From an archaeon (GTDB taxonomy: Archaea > Methanobacteriota_B > Thermococci > Methanofastidiosales > NM3): DNA of 30,458 nt. The notes below the pieces were generated by a model that saw nothing but the letters and a program-made list of their open reading frames with translations, was not told where the DNA came from and searched no databases. Position numbers and translations under genes: made by a program. Shown here piece by piece: positions 8,128 through 16,950 of the stretch. The stretch is taken from positions 1 through 30,458 of the forward strand of contig RXIG01000022.1 of NCBI GenBank assembly GCA_004212155.1. Direction: 5' to 3'. Numbering within the stretch: position 1 is the stretch's first letter; each line of letters opens with the position of its first letter.

Positions 8128-9521
8128 TGACCATGGACATGCGTATCATCGACACCAATGCACGCTATTTTGGGCTTCCTCCCCGGATCCTCATGGAAAA
8201 CGCCGGGCGCGGGATCGCCGACTACGTGCGCACCAACTTCGATGCTGGGAAGGTCGCCGTGGTGTGCGGCTCGGGCAACAACGGTGGTGACGGGTTCGTC
8301 ATTGCGCGCCACCTCTCCGAGCATGCGGACGTGCACGTCATCCTTGTGCAGGACCCTGCGAAGATCCGTTCGCAGGAGGCACGGGACAACTACGAGCTCC
8401 TCTTGGCCTCAAACGTGAAGGTAACTGCTTCTCCCACACCCAAGCTCCACTGGAACTACGACCTCATCATCGACGCGATGCTCGGAACGGGCGTCTCGGG
8501 CTCGGTCCGCGAACCCTACGCATCCTACATCTCGATGATCAATCGCCTCGACGTGCCCGTCGTGTCGGTCGACCTGCCATCTGGACACGGCACCGACTTG
8601 CCGATCAAGTCCGACTGCACCATATCGCTGCACCAAGCGAAGGTCGACGGGGCCGTCGTGCTCCCACTCGGGATCCCCTCCCCGCTTTCGCGCCGGTGCG
8701 GGCCGGGCAACGTGAAGTTCCTGCATCGCCGTCACAAGCTTGCCCACAAGCGCCAGGGCGGCGTCGTGGCCGTGGTGGGGGGATCGAACACCTACCACGG
8801 GGCGCCCGCATATGCGAGCCTCACCGCCGCATCGATATGCGACCTCGTCTACGTGCTCTGCCCCGAGCGCGTCGGGGACGCGCTGCGGTCGATGAGCCCG
8901 GACCTCATCATCGAGTCACAGCACGCGCCAACGATAACGAGACCGCTTGTCGACAGCCCGACGCTTTCTGCCGTCAACTGCATCCTGTGCGGTGTCGGTG
9001 CGGGGCGCACGCATGACACGATCGAGGCGCTCCAGCATCTCTGCGAGTGCGCCACCGTGCCGCTCGTCGTCGACGCCGACGGCATCTACGCGCTCAAAGG
9101 AAGGCTCGACCTGCTCGACGAGACCGTCTGCATCACGCCGCATGCCAAGGAGTTCGAACAGCTTTTCGGACAACTGCCCGAAGAGATTGATGAGCGTACA
9201 AAGAGCGTCGAACAGGTGGCAAAGAGGTATGGCTGCACGATCGTGCTCAAGGGTGCCACGGACATCATCTCCAACGGTACTGAGACATGGCACAACATCA
9301 CCGGCAACGAGGGCATGACAACGGGCGGCACGGGTGATGTGCTGGCCGGATGCATCGCCGCGTTCGCCGCGACGAATCCGCTCTTTGAGTCGGCGCTTGG
9401 CGCCACGTTCGCCGTGGGGCGAGCAGGGGACGTGGTGCATGCAAACAAGGAGACCTACTTCACCGCAAGCGACGTCATCGATGCGCTACCCGGCGTGCTC
9501 GCGTTCTGCAGGAAGTATTGA
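8127..9521 (+). CDS. nnr: Bifunctional NAD(P)H-hydrate epimerase/dehydratase (YjeF)
   Basis: LMENAG, CGSGNNGGDG, IIDAMLGTG, VSVDLPSG, then VVDADG, ITPHAKEF, VLKG, MTTGGTGDVLAG. Confidence 0.95.
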   Translation: MTMDMRIIDTNARYFGLPPRILMENAGRGIADYVRTNFDAGKVAVVCGSGNNGGDGFVIARHLSEHADVHVILVQDPAKIRSQEARDNYELLLASNVKVTASPTPKLHWNYDLIIDAMLGTGVSGSVREPYASYISMINRLDVPVVSVDLPSGHGTDLPIKSDCTISLHQAKVDGAVVLPLGIPSPLSRRCGPGNVKFLHRRHKLAHKRQGGVVAVVGGSNTYHGAPAYASLTAASICDLVYVLCPERVGDALRSMSPDLIIESQHAPTITRPLVDSPTLSAVNCILCGVGAGRTHDTIEALQHLCECATVPLVVDADGIYALKGRLDLLDETVCITPHAKEFEQLFGQLPEEIDERTKSVEQVAKRYGCTIVLKGATDIISNGTETWHNITGNEGMTTGGTGDVLAGCIAAFAATNPLFESALGATFAVGRAGDVVHANKETYFTASDVIDALPGVLAFCRKY

Positions 9522-9638
9522 TCCCCCGGATCCATACGGGCAGCCAGTCCGAGACGCATGCCCCCGCACGAAAGGGGAAAAAACCATATATAACACATGG
9601 TTAGAATCATTTTTAAATGCACTATCATACGTGATACC

Positions 9639-10613
9639 ATGACTACGACAGCCTCGAGCCCGGGCAACCTCTTCCTGTGCGGGGAGCACGCAGTCGTCTA
9701 CGGCTATCCCGCCATCATCTGCTCGGTGGAGCAGCGCACCGCGGTCACCGTCACGCGCACCGACAATCCTTCCATCGAGGTCACGTCCGTGGAGTTTGGC
9801 ACCGCGCGCGCCAAGATCGAGGAGCGAGACATCATGGTGACGACCCCGAACGACGAGCTGGCCATATTTCTCGACCTCGTCAGGTCGCTCGGCCTGCCGT
9901 CGGGATTTACCGCATCCATCACCTCAAGCATTCCCGTGCAAAGCGGCATGTCCTCGTCGACCGCCGTTCTTGCAAGCTTCCTCTACGCGCTGAGAAACGA
10001 GTTCTCGCTTCCCATCGAGCCGTCCTCGTTCTACGACCTCCTGCTCCCGCTTCAAAAGAAGGTGCACGGGGGCAAGGCAAGCGGGTCCGAGATCTTCTCC
10101 TCGACGTTGGGCGGCTTCCACCGCATCGAGCGCCGCGACGACGTCGTGGAGTCGCACAAGCTCTGCGAGCACGACCTTGACATCGTCATCGCCGACACGC
10201 GTGTGCATGCGCCGACATCGCTCACGGTGGGCTACCACGTGCCCAGCCTCATAGATCGCAGGCGCGACCTCGTCTTTGAAACGTTCGACAGGATACGCGA
10301 CATCACCAACGAAGCACAAAAAGCGCTCCAAGATGGCGATGCTCAAAAATTGGGAAAGCTTATTAACGAAAATCACCATATGTTACAACGCCTCGGCCTT
10401 TCCCATCCAAAGCTTGACGATTGCGTTGGCGAGGCGCTGGACGCCGGCGCCCTCGGCGCGAAGCTCTCGGGCAGCGGTTGGGGGGGCATCATGTTCGCGC
10501 TCGTCGACGACGAGCACGCCGAGGACGTGAAAGCGGCACTCGAGCGCACAAGGGCGACCGTGATAGCCACCTCCATCGGAGGAGAGGGCACGAGGGTGGA
10601 GGAACATATATGA
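9639..10613 (+). CDS. mvk: Mevalonate kinase-like GHMP kinase (non-canonical active site)
   Basis: GEHAVVYG.PAI, PVQSGMSSS (motif II), HGGKASG, LG.SHPKLD, GALGAKLSGSGWGG (motif III). First gene of the modified MVA cluster. Confidence 0.85.
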   Translation: MTTTASSPGNLFLCGEHAVVYGYPAIICSVEQRTAVTVTRTDNPSIEVTSVEFGTARAKIEERDIMVTTPNDELAIFLDLVRSLGLPSGFTASITSSIPVQSGMSSSTAVLASFLYALRNEFSLPIEPSSFYDLLLPLQKKVHGGKASGSEIFSSTLGGFHRIERRDDVVESHKLCEHDLDIVIADTRVHAPTSLTVGYHVPSLIDRRRDLVFETFDRIRDITNEAQKALQDGDAQKLGKLINENHHMLQRLGLSHPKLDDCVGEALDAGALGAKLSGSGWGGIMFALVDDEHAEDVKAALERTRATVIATSIGGEGTRVEEHI

Positions 10614-11164
10614 ACATCGTAGTAGGCATCACCGGCGCTTCGGGCTACAGGCTGGCACACGAGGTCGTCAGGGGGCTTGGCGAGCATGAGGTCAACGTGC
10701 ACCTCATCACCACGAAGCCTGCCGAGACGATAGCGGCCATCGAGGGCGAGAATCCGGAGAGGACGCGGGAGCTCGCATACAGGCATTATCGGGAGGACGA
10801 GCTCGAGGCGTGCATTTCCTCGTCGACCTGCCCCATGGACGGCATGGTCATCGTTCCATGCTCGCTCAAGTCGCTCTCGGCCATCACCCACGGCTACTGC
10901 AACAACCTCATCATACGCTGCGCCGAGAACATGCTCAGGATGAAAAAGCCGCTTGTCGTCATGCCCCGCGAGACTCCCCTTTCCGCACAGGCACTTGACA
11001 ACATGGCGCAGCTCGTGCGCGACGGCGCCATCATGCTGCCGCCGATCATCGAGTACTACACGCGTCCGCACACCATCGAGGACCTCAATCACTTCTTTGT
11101 CGGCAAGGTTCTCGATACGTTCGCGATCAAGCACAACTATCCCAAGTGGAGAGGTATCAGATGA
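10610..11164 (+). CDS. ubiX: Flavin prenyltransferase
   Basis: IVVGITGASG, DGMVIVPCS, NNLIIR.A, PRETPL. ATGA overlap with mvk. Confidence 0.93.
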   Translation: MNIVVGITGASGYRLAHEVVRGLGEHEVNVHLITTKPAETIAAIEGENPERTRELAYRHYREDELEACISSSTCPMDGMVIVPCSLKSLSAITHGYCNNLIIRCAENMLRMKKPLVVMPRETPLSAQALDNMAQLVRDGAIMLPPIIEYYTRPHTIEDLNHFFVGKVLDTFAIKHNYPKWRGIR

Positions 11165-12474
11165 CGGACCTTCGCTCGCTCTTGTCGAGGCTTGATCGAG
11201 AAGGCCGCCTCACGCGCATACGCAAGGACGTCGACCCGTTCCTCACGGCCGCATCCATCGCATCGGCGCTCGACGGGCGGGCCGTGCTCTTCGAGAACGT
11301 GCGCGGACACGAGATGCCGGTCGTCGCCGGCATCGGGAGCCACAGGGACCACTACGCATCGGCACTGGGCGTTGGTCGCGACGACCTCCTCGGGCATATC
11401 GCTGCAGCGTTTGACTCGAACGGGTATCCGCCCGAGATCGACGACGCTCCGTGCAAGGAGCGCATCGATGCCGCCCCGTCCCTCGACCGATTGCCCATAC
11501 TGACGCACTTCAAGGGTGACGGGGGACCCTACATCACGTCGGGCGTCGCCGTGGTGCGCGACCCAGAGCTTGGGCAAAACCTGAGCTTCCACCGCCTCAT
11601 GAAGATCGGCAAAAACAGGCTCGTCGCCCGCATCGTCGAGGGGCGCGGGACCCACACGGCGCTTGTCAAATCGGGGGGGGAGCTCGACATCGCGATCTGC
11701 ATCGGCGCACCGCTTCACGTGCTGCTCGCCGCCGCATGCTCGCCGCCCCCGGGCCACGACGAACTGCGCATCGCCTCGGCGCTTGCACCGACGCCGGTGG
11801 TGAGGGCGGAGGGTTCCGACCTGCTCGTCCCGGCGCAGACGGAGATCGTGCTCGAGGGGCGCATCACCAGCGAACTGGCCGACGAGGGCCCGTTTGTCGA
11901 CCTCACCCAGACGCCTGATGTCACGCGGCGCCAGCATGTGGTCGAGATCGACACGATGACGACCCGCAACGATCCGTATTACCATGCGCTCATGCCCGCG
12001 TCCGACGAGCACAAGCTGCTCATGGGCATGCCGCGCGAACCGAGCATATTCCATGCTGTCGGCCGTGCCGCCGACGTGAGAAACGTCGTTGTCACCCCGG
12101 GCGGCTGCTCGTGGCTCCATGCCGTGGTGCAGATTGCGCCAAAGCGCGAGGGCGACGCGATGCGCGCCGCCAAGGGTGCGTTTGAGGGGCACGGTTCGCT
12201 CAAGCACTGCGTCGTCGTCGACACCGACGTCGACGTCTACGACCCTGCGGACATCGAATGGGCGCTTGCCACACGCGTGCAGGCGGGACGCGACGTCAAG
12301 GTGTTCAAGGACCGGCCTGGCTCCTCGCTCGACCCTTCGGCCTTCCATGAGGAGGGGAAGAAATCCCGCACCGACAAGGTCGCGATCGACGCCACCGTCC
12401 CCCGCGGCGCCGATGACGGCGCGTATCGCAAGGTGCGCTATGCGCCCGTCGACCTCGACGACTACCTGGAGTGA
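11161..12474 (+). CDS. ubiD: UbiD-family prFMN decarboxylase, probable trans-anhydromevalonate 5-phosphate decarboxylase
   Basis: LPILTHF.GDGGPYITSG, NLSFHRL, EIVLEG, EGPFVD, EHKLLMGMPREP, GGCSWLHAVV, VVVDTDVD, EWALATRVQ. Context with AcnX and mvk. Confidence 0.92.
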   Translation: MTDLRSLLSRLDREGRLTRIRKDVDPFLTAASIASALDGRAVLFENVRGHEMPVVAGIGSHRDHYASALGVGRDDLLGHIAAAFDSNGYPPEIDDAPCKERIDAAPSLDRLPILTHFKGDGGPYITSGVAVVRDPELGQNLSFHRLMKIGKNRLVARIVEGRGTHTALVKSGGELDIAICIGAPLHVLLAAACSPPPGHDELRIASALAPTPVVRAEGSDLLVPAQTEIVLEGRITSELADEGPFVDLTQTPDVTRRQHVVEIDTMTTRNDPYYHALMPASDEHKLLMGMPREPSIFHAVGRAADVRNVVVTPGGCSWLHAVVQIAPKREGDAMRAAKGAFEGHGSLKHCVVVDTDVDVYDPADIEWALATRVQAGRDVKVFKDRPGSSLDPSAFHEEGKKSRTDKVAIDATVPRGADDGAYRKVRYAPVDLDDYLE

Positions 12475-12477
12475 GCC

Positions 12478-13683
12478 ATGATGGAACTGACACCCGACGA
12501 ACAGGCGACCTACGACGGCGAGCGCGGACCCGTCCAGCAAAAGGCGATGGAGATCCTCGTTGCGCTTGGAAAGATCTACGGCGCACGATCGCTTGTCCCC
12601 GTGACGAGCGTCCAGATAGCGGGTGTCAGCTACAAGAATCTGGGAATGCCCGGCAAGGAGTTCATACGATGGTGGGTCGACCAGGGCGCCCGCGTGCGCA
12701 GGCTCGCCACACTCAATCCCGCAGGCATCGACCGCAATCGCTGGAAGGAGCTTGGGTTTCCCGAGGAGTTCTCGACACACCAGAAGGAGATCATCGACGA
12801 CTACGCCATGCTCGGCATAGAACCGACATGCACATGCACGCCGTATGAGATCGGCAATCTCCCGAAGTTTGGCGACCACATCGCATGGAGCGAGTCGTCT
12901 GCCGTCTCGTTCGCAAACACCTACATCGGTGCGCGCACGAATCGGGAGGGGGGACCCTCGGCGCTTGCAGCGGCGATCGTCGGCAAGACCCCCTGCCACG
13001 GCTACCACCTCGACGAGCAGCGCGCGCCTGGCGTAGGCTATGACGTCACAGCAACGATCAGCAGCGAGGCCGACGCCGGCGCCCTGGGCATCGTGGCCGG
13101 GCGCGATGCGGGCTCGCGCGTCCCCTTCTTCTCAGGCCTTCCCCCGTTCGAGACGGGATGGTACAAGCAGCTTGGCGCCGCCATGGCGGCGGCGGGCTCG
13201 GTCGCGCTCTACCACGTCGACGGCCAGACGCCGGAGGCCCGGGCGAAGACGGTAGGCCCCCCTGACGAGACGAGGCCCGTCGAGAGCCTCGAGCCCGCCT
13301 ACGAGCTGCTCAACAGCGGGGGGGAGCGCATCGACTTCGTCTCGCTCGGATGCCCCCACGCGTCGCTTGAGGAGATCCACCGCATCGCGGAGATGCTTCG
13401 GGGAAGGAATGTCAGCGTGCCCCTCTGGATCACGACATCCGTTGCCACCGCGGCACAGGCCGACGAGTACGGATACGCGGCAGTGATCGAGGGCGCGGGA
13501 GCGCGCGTTGTGTGCGACACGTGCATGGTCGTCTCGCCCATCGAGACGTTCGGCTACGAGACCGTCGCCACCAACTCCGCGAAGGGATGCTACTACCTGC
13601 AGTCGTGGTGCGGCGTCGAGACGAGATACGGCGACGTCCGCTCATGCATCGAGGCTGCCTGCACGGGACGGTGGCCGCAATGA
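12478..13683 (+). CDS. Aconitase X catalytic subunit, probable phosphomevalonate dehydratase large subunit (DUF521)
   Basis: GVSYKNLG, TLNPAG, TCTCTPY, AWSESSAV, GARTNREGGPSALAAA, GCPHAS, CDTCMVVSP, TNSAK. Confidence 0.93.
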   Translation: MMELTPDEQATYDGERGPVQQKAMEILVALGKIYGARSLVPVTSVQIAGVSYKNLGMPGKEFIRWWVDQGARVRRLATLNPAGIDRNRWKELGFPEEFSTHQKEIIDDYAMLGIEPTCTCTPYEIGNLPKFGDHIAWSESSAVSFANTYIGARTNREGGPSALAAAIVGKTPCHGYHLDEQRAPGVGYDVTATISSEADAGALGIVAGRDAGSRVPFFSGLPPFETGWYKQLGAAMAAAGSVALYHVDGQTPEARAKTVGPPDETRPVESLEPAYELLNSGGERIDFVSLGCPHASLEEIHRIAEMLRGRNVSVPLWITTSVATAAQADEYGYAAVIEGAGARVVCDTCMVVSPIETFGYETVATNSAKGCYYLQSWCGVETRYGDVRSCIEAACTGRWPQ

Positions 13684-14075
13684 AGGCGCGCATCATCAAG
13701 GCGGGGCGCGCACGGGGACGCGCACTCGTGAGCGCCATGGCACTCTCGTTCCTCGGCGGCATCGACCCGGAGACGGGAACGGTCATCGCCCGCGACTCGG
13801 ACATCGCCGGGGAGTCGATCGCAGGGCGCATCCTCGTCTTTCCCCGCGGAAAGGGATCGACCGTCGGATCATACATATTGCTCCGCCTGAAGAAAAACGG
13901 CGTCGCGCCGCTTGCCATCGTCAACGAGCTCTCCGAACCCATCGTTGCGGTGGGCGCCATCATCGCGGACATACCCATGGTCGACAAGGTCGATATCTCC
14001 CAGATCGCCACGGGCGACGAGGTCTCCATCGACGGGGAAAACATTGAAGTACGCACAGACGTAAAGGGAGCGTAG
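13680..14075 (+). CDS. Aconitase X swivel subunit, probable phosphomevalonate dehydratase small subunit (DUF126)
   Basis: LSFLGGIDPETG, ILVFPRGKGSTVGSY, EPIVAVGAIIADIPMVD. ATGA overlap with the large subunit. Confidence 0.93.
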   Translation: MKARIIKAGRARGRALVSAMALSFLGGIDPETGTVIARDSDIAGESIAGRILVFPRGKGSTVGSYILLRLKKNGVAPLAIVNELSEPIVAVGAIIADIPMVDKVDISQIATGDEVSIDGENIEVRTDVKGA

Positions 14076-14081
14076 ATAGAA

Positions 14082-14582
14082 ATGTGGAAGGATATCGAAC
14101 AGCACTTCAAATCGTCGCCGAAACGGCGGGAGGTGGCATCGCTCCTGCTCATGCTCGGCCTGTCATGCAACGACGAGCTCAAGGTCTTCTGCCAGGACAT
14201 CGAGGTGCCTGTGAAAAAGATCGCCGACACGCTCGGCATCGACCGGCGCGTCATCACCGAGACGGTGCGCGACATCATGGCCGACGAGAAGTTGCGGGGC
14301 GTCTTCTCCGAGCTCAAGCCCCGCGCGTTCCTGCGCGACGCGGCAAGCGCGCTCGACCTCGGCGTCGTCGAGATCGAGGCGGTGCCCGAGACCGTCGGCA
14401 TCGTTGCGGGGGTGTCGTCGATCATCGCCTCCGAGGGCCTTTCGATCCGCCAGGTCGTGGCCGACGATCCTGACCTCTTCCCAAGCCCGAAGCTCACCAT
14501 CGTCACGGACAGGAAGATGCCGCCCTACCTGCTCGAGAAGATACTCAAGATCCACGGCGTGCGGAAGGTGTCGATCTATTAA
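14082..14582 (+). CDS. COG2150-type predicted regulator of amino acid metabolism (HTH + ACT domain)
   Basis: IADTLGIDRRVI HTH-like segment and ACT-like GIVAGVSSIIASEGLSIRQVVADDP...PKLTIVT. Confidence 0.85.
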   Translation: MWKDIEQHFKSSPKRREVASLLLMLGLSCNDELKVFCQDIEVPVKKIADTLGIDRRVITETVRDIMADEKLRGVFSELKPRAFLRDAASALDLGVVEIEAVPETVGIVAGVSSIIASEGLSIRQVVADDPDLFPSPKLTIVTDRKMPPYLLEKILKIHGVRKVSIY

Positions 14583-14610
14583 CGGCGACCAAATCGGACC
14601 GCGCAGGGGC

Positions 14611-15297
14611 ATGATGTCGCTTCCGCTCGGCAATCCGCTCGTCTTCTTCCTCATCATACTCATCCCGCTCCTGCTTGTCGTCCTCTTCATCAATGTTGTC
14701 GAGGCGGCGTTCCAGCGCATCGGCCTCTCACCGATGATGGCGTCGGTGCTCGTCTTCGCGACGATCCTCGGCAGCCTTGTCAACATCCCGCTGAGGAAGG
14801 TAACGTGCGTGCGCACAGTGGAGCGGCCCATGGCCTCGGGATTCTACCACTTCATCTATCCCCAGTCGACGCAGGGCTACGTGGAGCAGTGCGACACGAC
14901 GATAGCGATCAACGTCGGCGGTGCCATCGTGCCGCTGCTTTTGTGCATCTACATGTTCGCGCGCTATCCCGAATACCTCTTCCCGTGGTGTGCCGTCACG
15001 ATACCGATCATGGTGGGGATTTGCTACAAGATATCGCGAGTGGTGCCAAACGTCGGCATCGTGATGCCCACGTTCGTGCCGCCGCTCATGTCGGCCGGGC
15101 TCGCTCTGCTCTTTGCCGGCGATGCGTTCCCGGTCGCGCTCTCTTTCGTGACAGGGGTGCTTGGCGTCATCATCGGCGCCGACCTGCTCAATCTCAACAA
15201 GATATCGCAGACCACCGCGCGCACCATCTCGATCGGCGGCGCCGGAACGTTTGACGGCATCTTCCTTACAGGCATAATAAGCGTATTTCTAGTATGA
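14611..15297 (+). CDS. DUF1614 family membrane protein
   Basis: GSLVNIP, IAINVGGAIVP, GVIIGADLLNL, SIGGAGTFDGIFLTG; multiple TM helices. Confidence 0.88.
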   Translation: MMSLPLGNPLVFFLIILIPLLLVVLFINVVEAAFQRIGLSPMMASVLVFATILGSLVNIPLRKVTCVRTVERPMASGFYHFIYPQSTQGYVEQCDTTIAINVGGAIVPLLLCIYMFARYPEYLFPWCAVTIPIMVGICYKISRVVPNVGIVMPTFVPPLMSAGLALLFAGDAFPVALSFVTGVLGVIIGADLLNLNKISQTTARTISIGGAGTFDGIFLTGIISVFLV

Positions 15298-15307
15298 GGT
15301 GAACATA

Positions 15308-15613
15308 ATGGCGATAGTGAAGATCTCGTGCCCGCACTGCGAGGATGCGGTGTTTATCGAAGTTACCGAGGAGAAGGGAACCTACGGCACGCGGCTGAAT
15401 GCAACGGTGCTGCCCTCCGACAAGGCGAGGCTGCGCCTCTTCGAGGAGGTGCTAAGCGGCGTGCTTGAGCGCCACAATGGCATCGCCCCGCCGTCGATCG
15501 TGGTGATGGAGGGCACAAAGCGCGGGCTCAAACAGGAGTTTGTGCGAAAAACGCTCAACGCCTACGTCAACACCGGCAAGCTCCACATTGAAAACGGCAA
15601 CGTCATGCGTTAG
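15308..15613 (+). CDS. Hypothetical protein with CPHC knuckle and winged-helix-like C-terminus
   Basis: GAGGTGA RBS before ATG 15308, KISCPHC, C-terminal helix pattern GLKQEFVRKTLNAYVNTGKLHIENG. Confidence 0.7.
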   Translation: MAIVKISCPHCEDAVFIEVTEEKGTYGTRLNATVLPSDKARLRLFEEVLSGVLERHNGIAPPSIVVMEGTKRGLKQEFVRKTLNAYVNTGKLHIENGNVMR

Positions 15614-16842
15614 GCTATCTGTATCGGCACCGGCACGAAGCACAGTATGAACGTGACAAGCGCGAGGATGCCGATGACACGCGACGTGGTCGAGAGGGGC
15701 TTTAGCTCGTTGAGCGGCCCTGGATGGCCGCCCCGCGTGATGAAGTAGGCGATAAATCCCCATATGAGCCAGCCCGACCACGTGTACTGCCCCAGATTCA
15801 AAAACCCGCTTTCCGATAGCAGGCCGAGGATGCCGATGAACATGAGCACGCGCACGACGAGTTTTGATATCAGCTGATGGCCACGCTGGCCGAAGATCGC
15901 GCGCGTCACGTGGCCGCCGTCGAGCTGCCCGGCGGGCAGGAGGTTGAGCATCGTCACGAAAAGCCCCACCCATCCTGCAAACGCAAGGGGGTGTATCCAG
16001 ACGTTCATGCCCTGGGGCACGCTTATCGACAGTTCCGAGAGCGCCATGAAGAGGAGCGAGCTGCCGAGCGTGAAGCTTCCCTCGCCAAAGGCGCTGCCCG
16101 GGACGATGTAGGAGAGGCGCATGCCGATGATCGTCACCGGTATCGCCACGGCGACCCCGATGAGGGGGCCTGCGGCGCCGACCTTTATCGCATCGTCGTT
16201 GGTGGGGATGGCCGACTTCATCTTGATCAGCGCGCCGAGCGTTCCCAGGGGGAGAAACGGCATGGGTATGAAGTAGGGCCACGACGAGTCGATGCCGCTT
16301 CGTATCGACTGGATCTTGTGTCCCATCTCGTGGCACCCGAGGATGGCAAGCAGGCCGAACGAGAACGAGAGCGCGCCGTTCCATACGTTGTCCATGAGCC
16401 CCTCCTCGACCAGGGGGAGCGAGAGCGTGTATCCCGCATAGATCGTCGAGAGCACGGTGGCGATGAAGAGGCCGATGTAGACGATGGGGCGCGAGAACGT
16501 GCCCTTCCCTTCCTCATGACGCTCCACCAAGAACGCGTAGTAGCGACCATTGCGCTCCCTGGCGAACGCATCGTATCCCATTGGCGAGAAGGCGGAGCGC
16601 ACGGCATCGTAGTCGGGCTCCGTCGAGCCGAGGTCGACCGATACGACCTGGCCGTTTGAGGAGACCCTCTCGACGTTGAGACGTCCGCGCGCCGCCTCGC
16701 GCACCTTGTCCAGCACGGTGGGGGTGCCATCGCCCCGCTCCTCGTTGAGGAGCGCGCCGCAGCGCGGACACTCGGGGGAGTCGCTTCGCTCATCGGCAGA
16801 TGCCTCGTAGCCGCACTTGGGGCACACGTATCGCTTGTCCAT
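15610..16842 (-). CDS. Site-2 protease (M50 intramembrane metalloprotease) with N-terminal zinc ribbon
   Basis: HEMGH, PYFIP, GTLGALI, AGPLIG, NLLPAGQLDGGH; N-terminal CPKCG...CPRCG. Confidence 0.93.
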   Translation of the reverse strand: MDKRYVCPKCGYEASADERSDSPECPRCGALLNEERGDGTPTVLDKVREAARGRLNVERVSSNGQVVSVDLGSTEPDYDAVRSAFSPMGYDAFARERNGRYYAFLVERHEEGKGTFSRPIVYIGLFIATVLSTIYAGYTLSLPLVEEGLMDNVWNGALSFSFGLLAILGCHEMGHKIQSIRSGIDSSWPYFIPMPFLPLGTLGALIKMKSAIPTNDDAIKVGAAGPLIGVAVAIPVTIIGMRLSYIVPGSAFGEGSFTLGSSLLFMALSELSISVPQGMNVWIHPLAFAGWVGLFVTMLNLLPAGQLDGGHVTRAIFGQRGHQLISKLVVRVLMFIGILGLLSESGFLNLGQYTWSGWLIWGFIAYFITRGGHPGPLNELKPLSTTSRVIGILALVTFILCFVPVPIQIA

Positions 16843-16950
16843 TGCCACAAATCAGGGACGCGGTATTTAACTTTACCGTCGCTTCAGGCGACAATGCATA
16901 TACGGTGGTGCCCACCAATACCTTTTAAACTGACGATGAGAGTGAGCACC

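Noticed and set aside
9581-9592. 12-mer AAACCATATATA shared with 23616-23627
   Set aside because: Explained as ordinary BRE + TATA promoter elements rather than a specific regulon motif.
10610-12474. ubiX/ubiD as ubiquinone or aromatic-acid decarboxylation genes
   Set aside because: Coupling to mvk and split AcnX, plus the EGPFVD and GGCSWLH motifs, fit the mevalonate-pathway decarboxylase better.
11137-13008. 623-aa minus-strand ORF
   Set aside because: Antisense shadow of ubiD/acnX caused by high-GC codon bias; no motifs.
12478-14075. AcnX as TCA aconitase or cis-3-hydroxyproline dehydratase
   Set aside because: No proline racemase or TCA context; adjacent to mvk/ubiD/ubiX.
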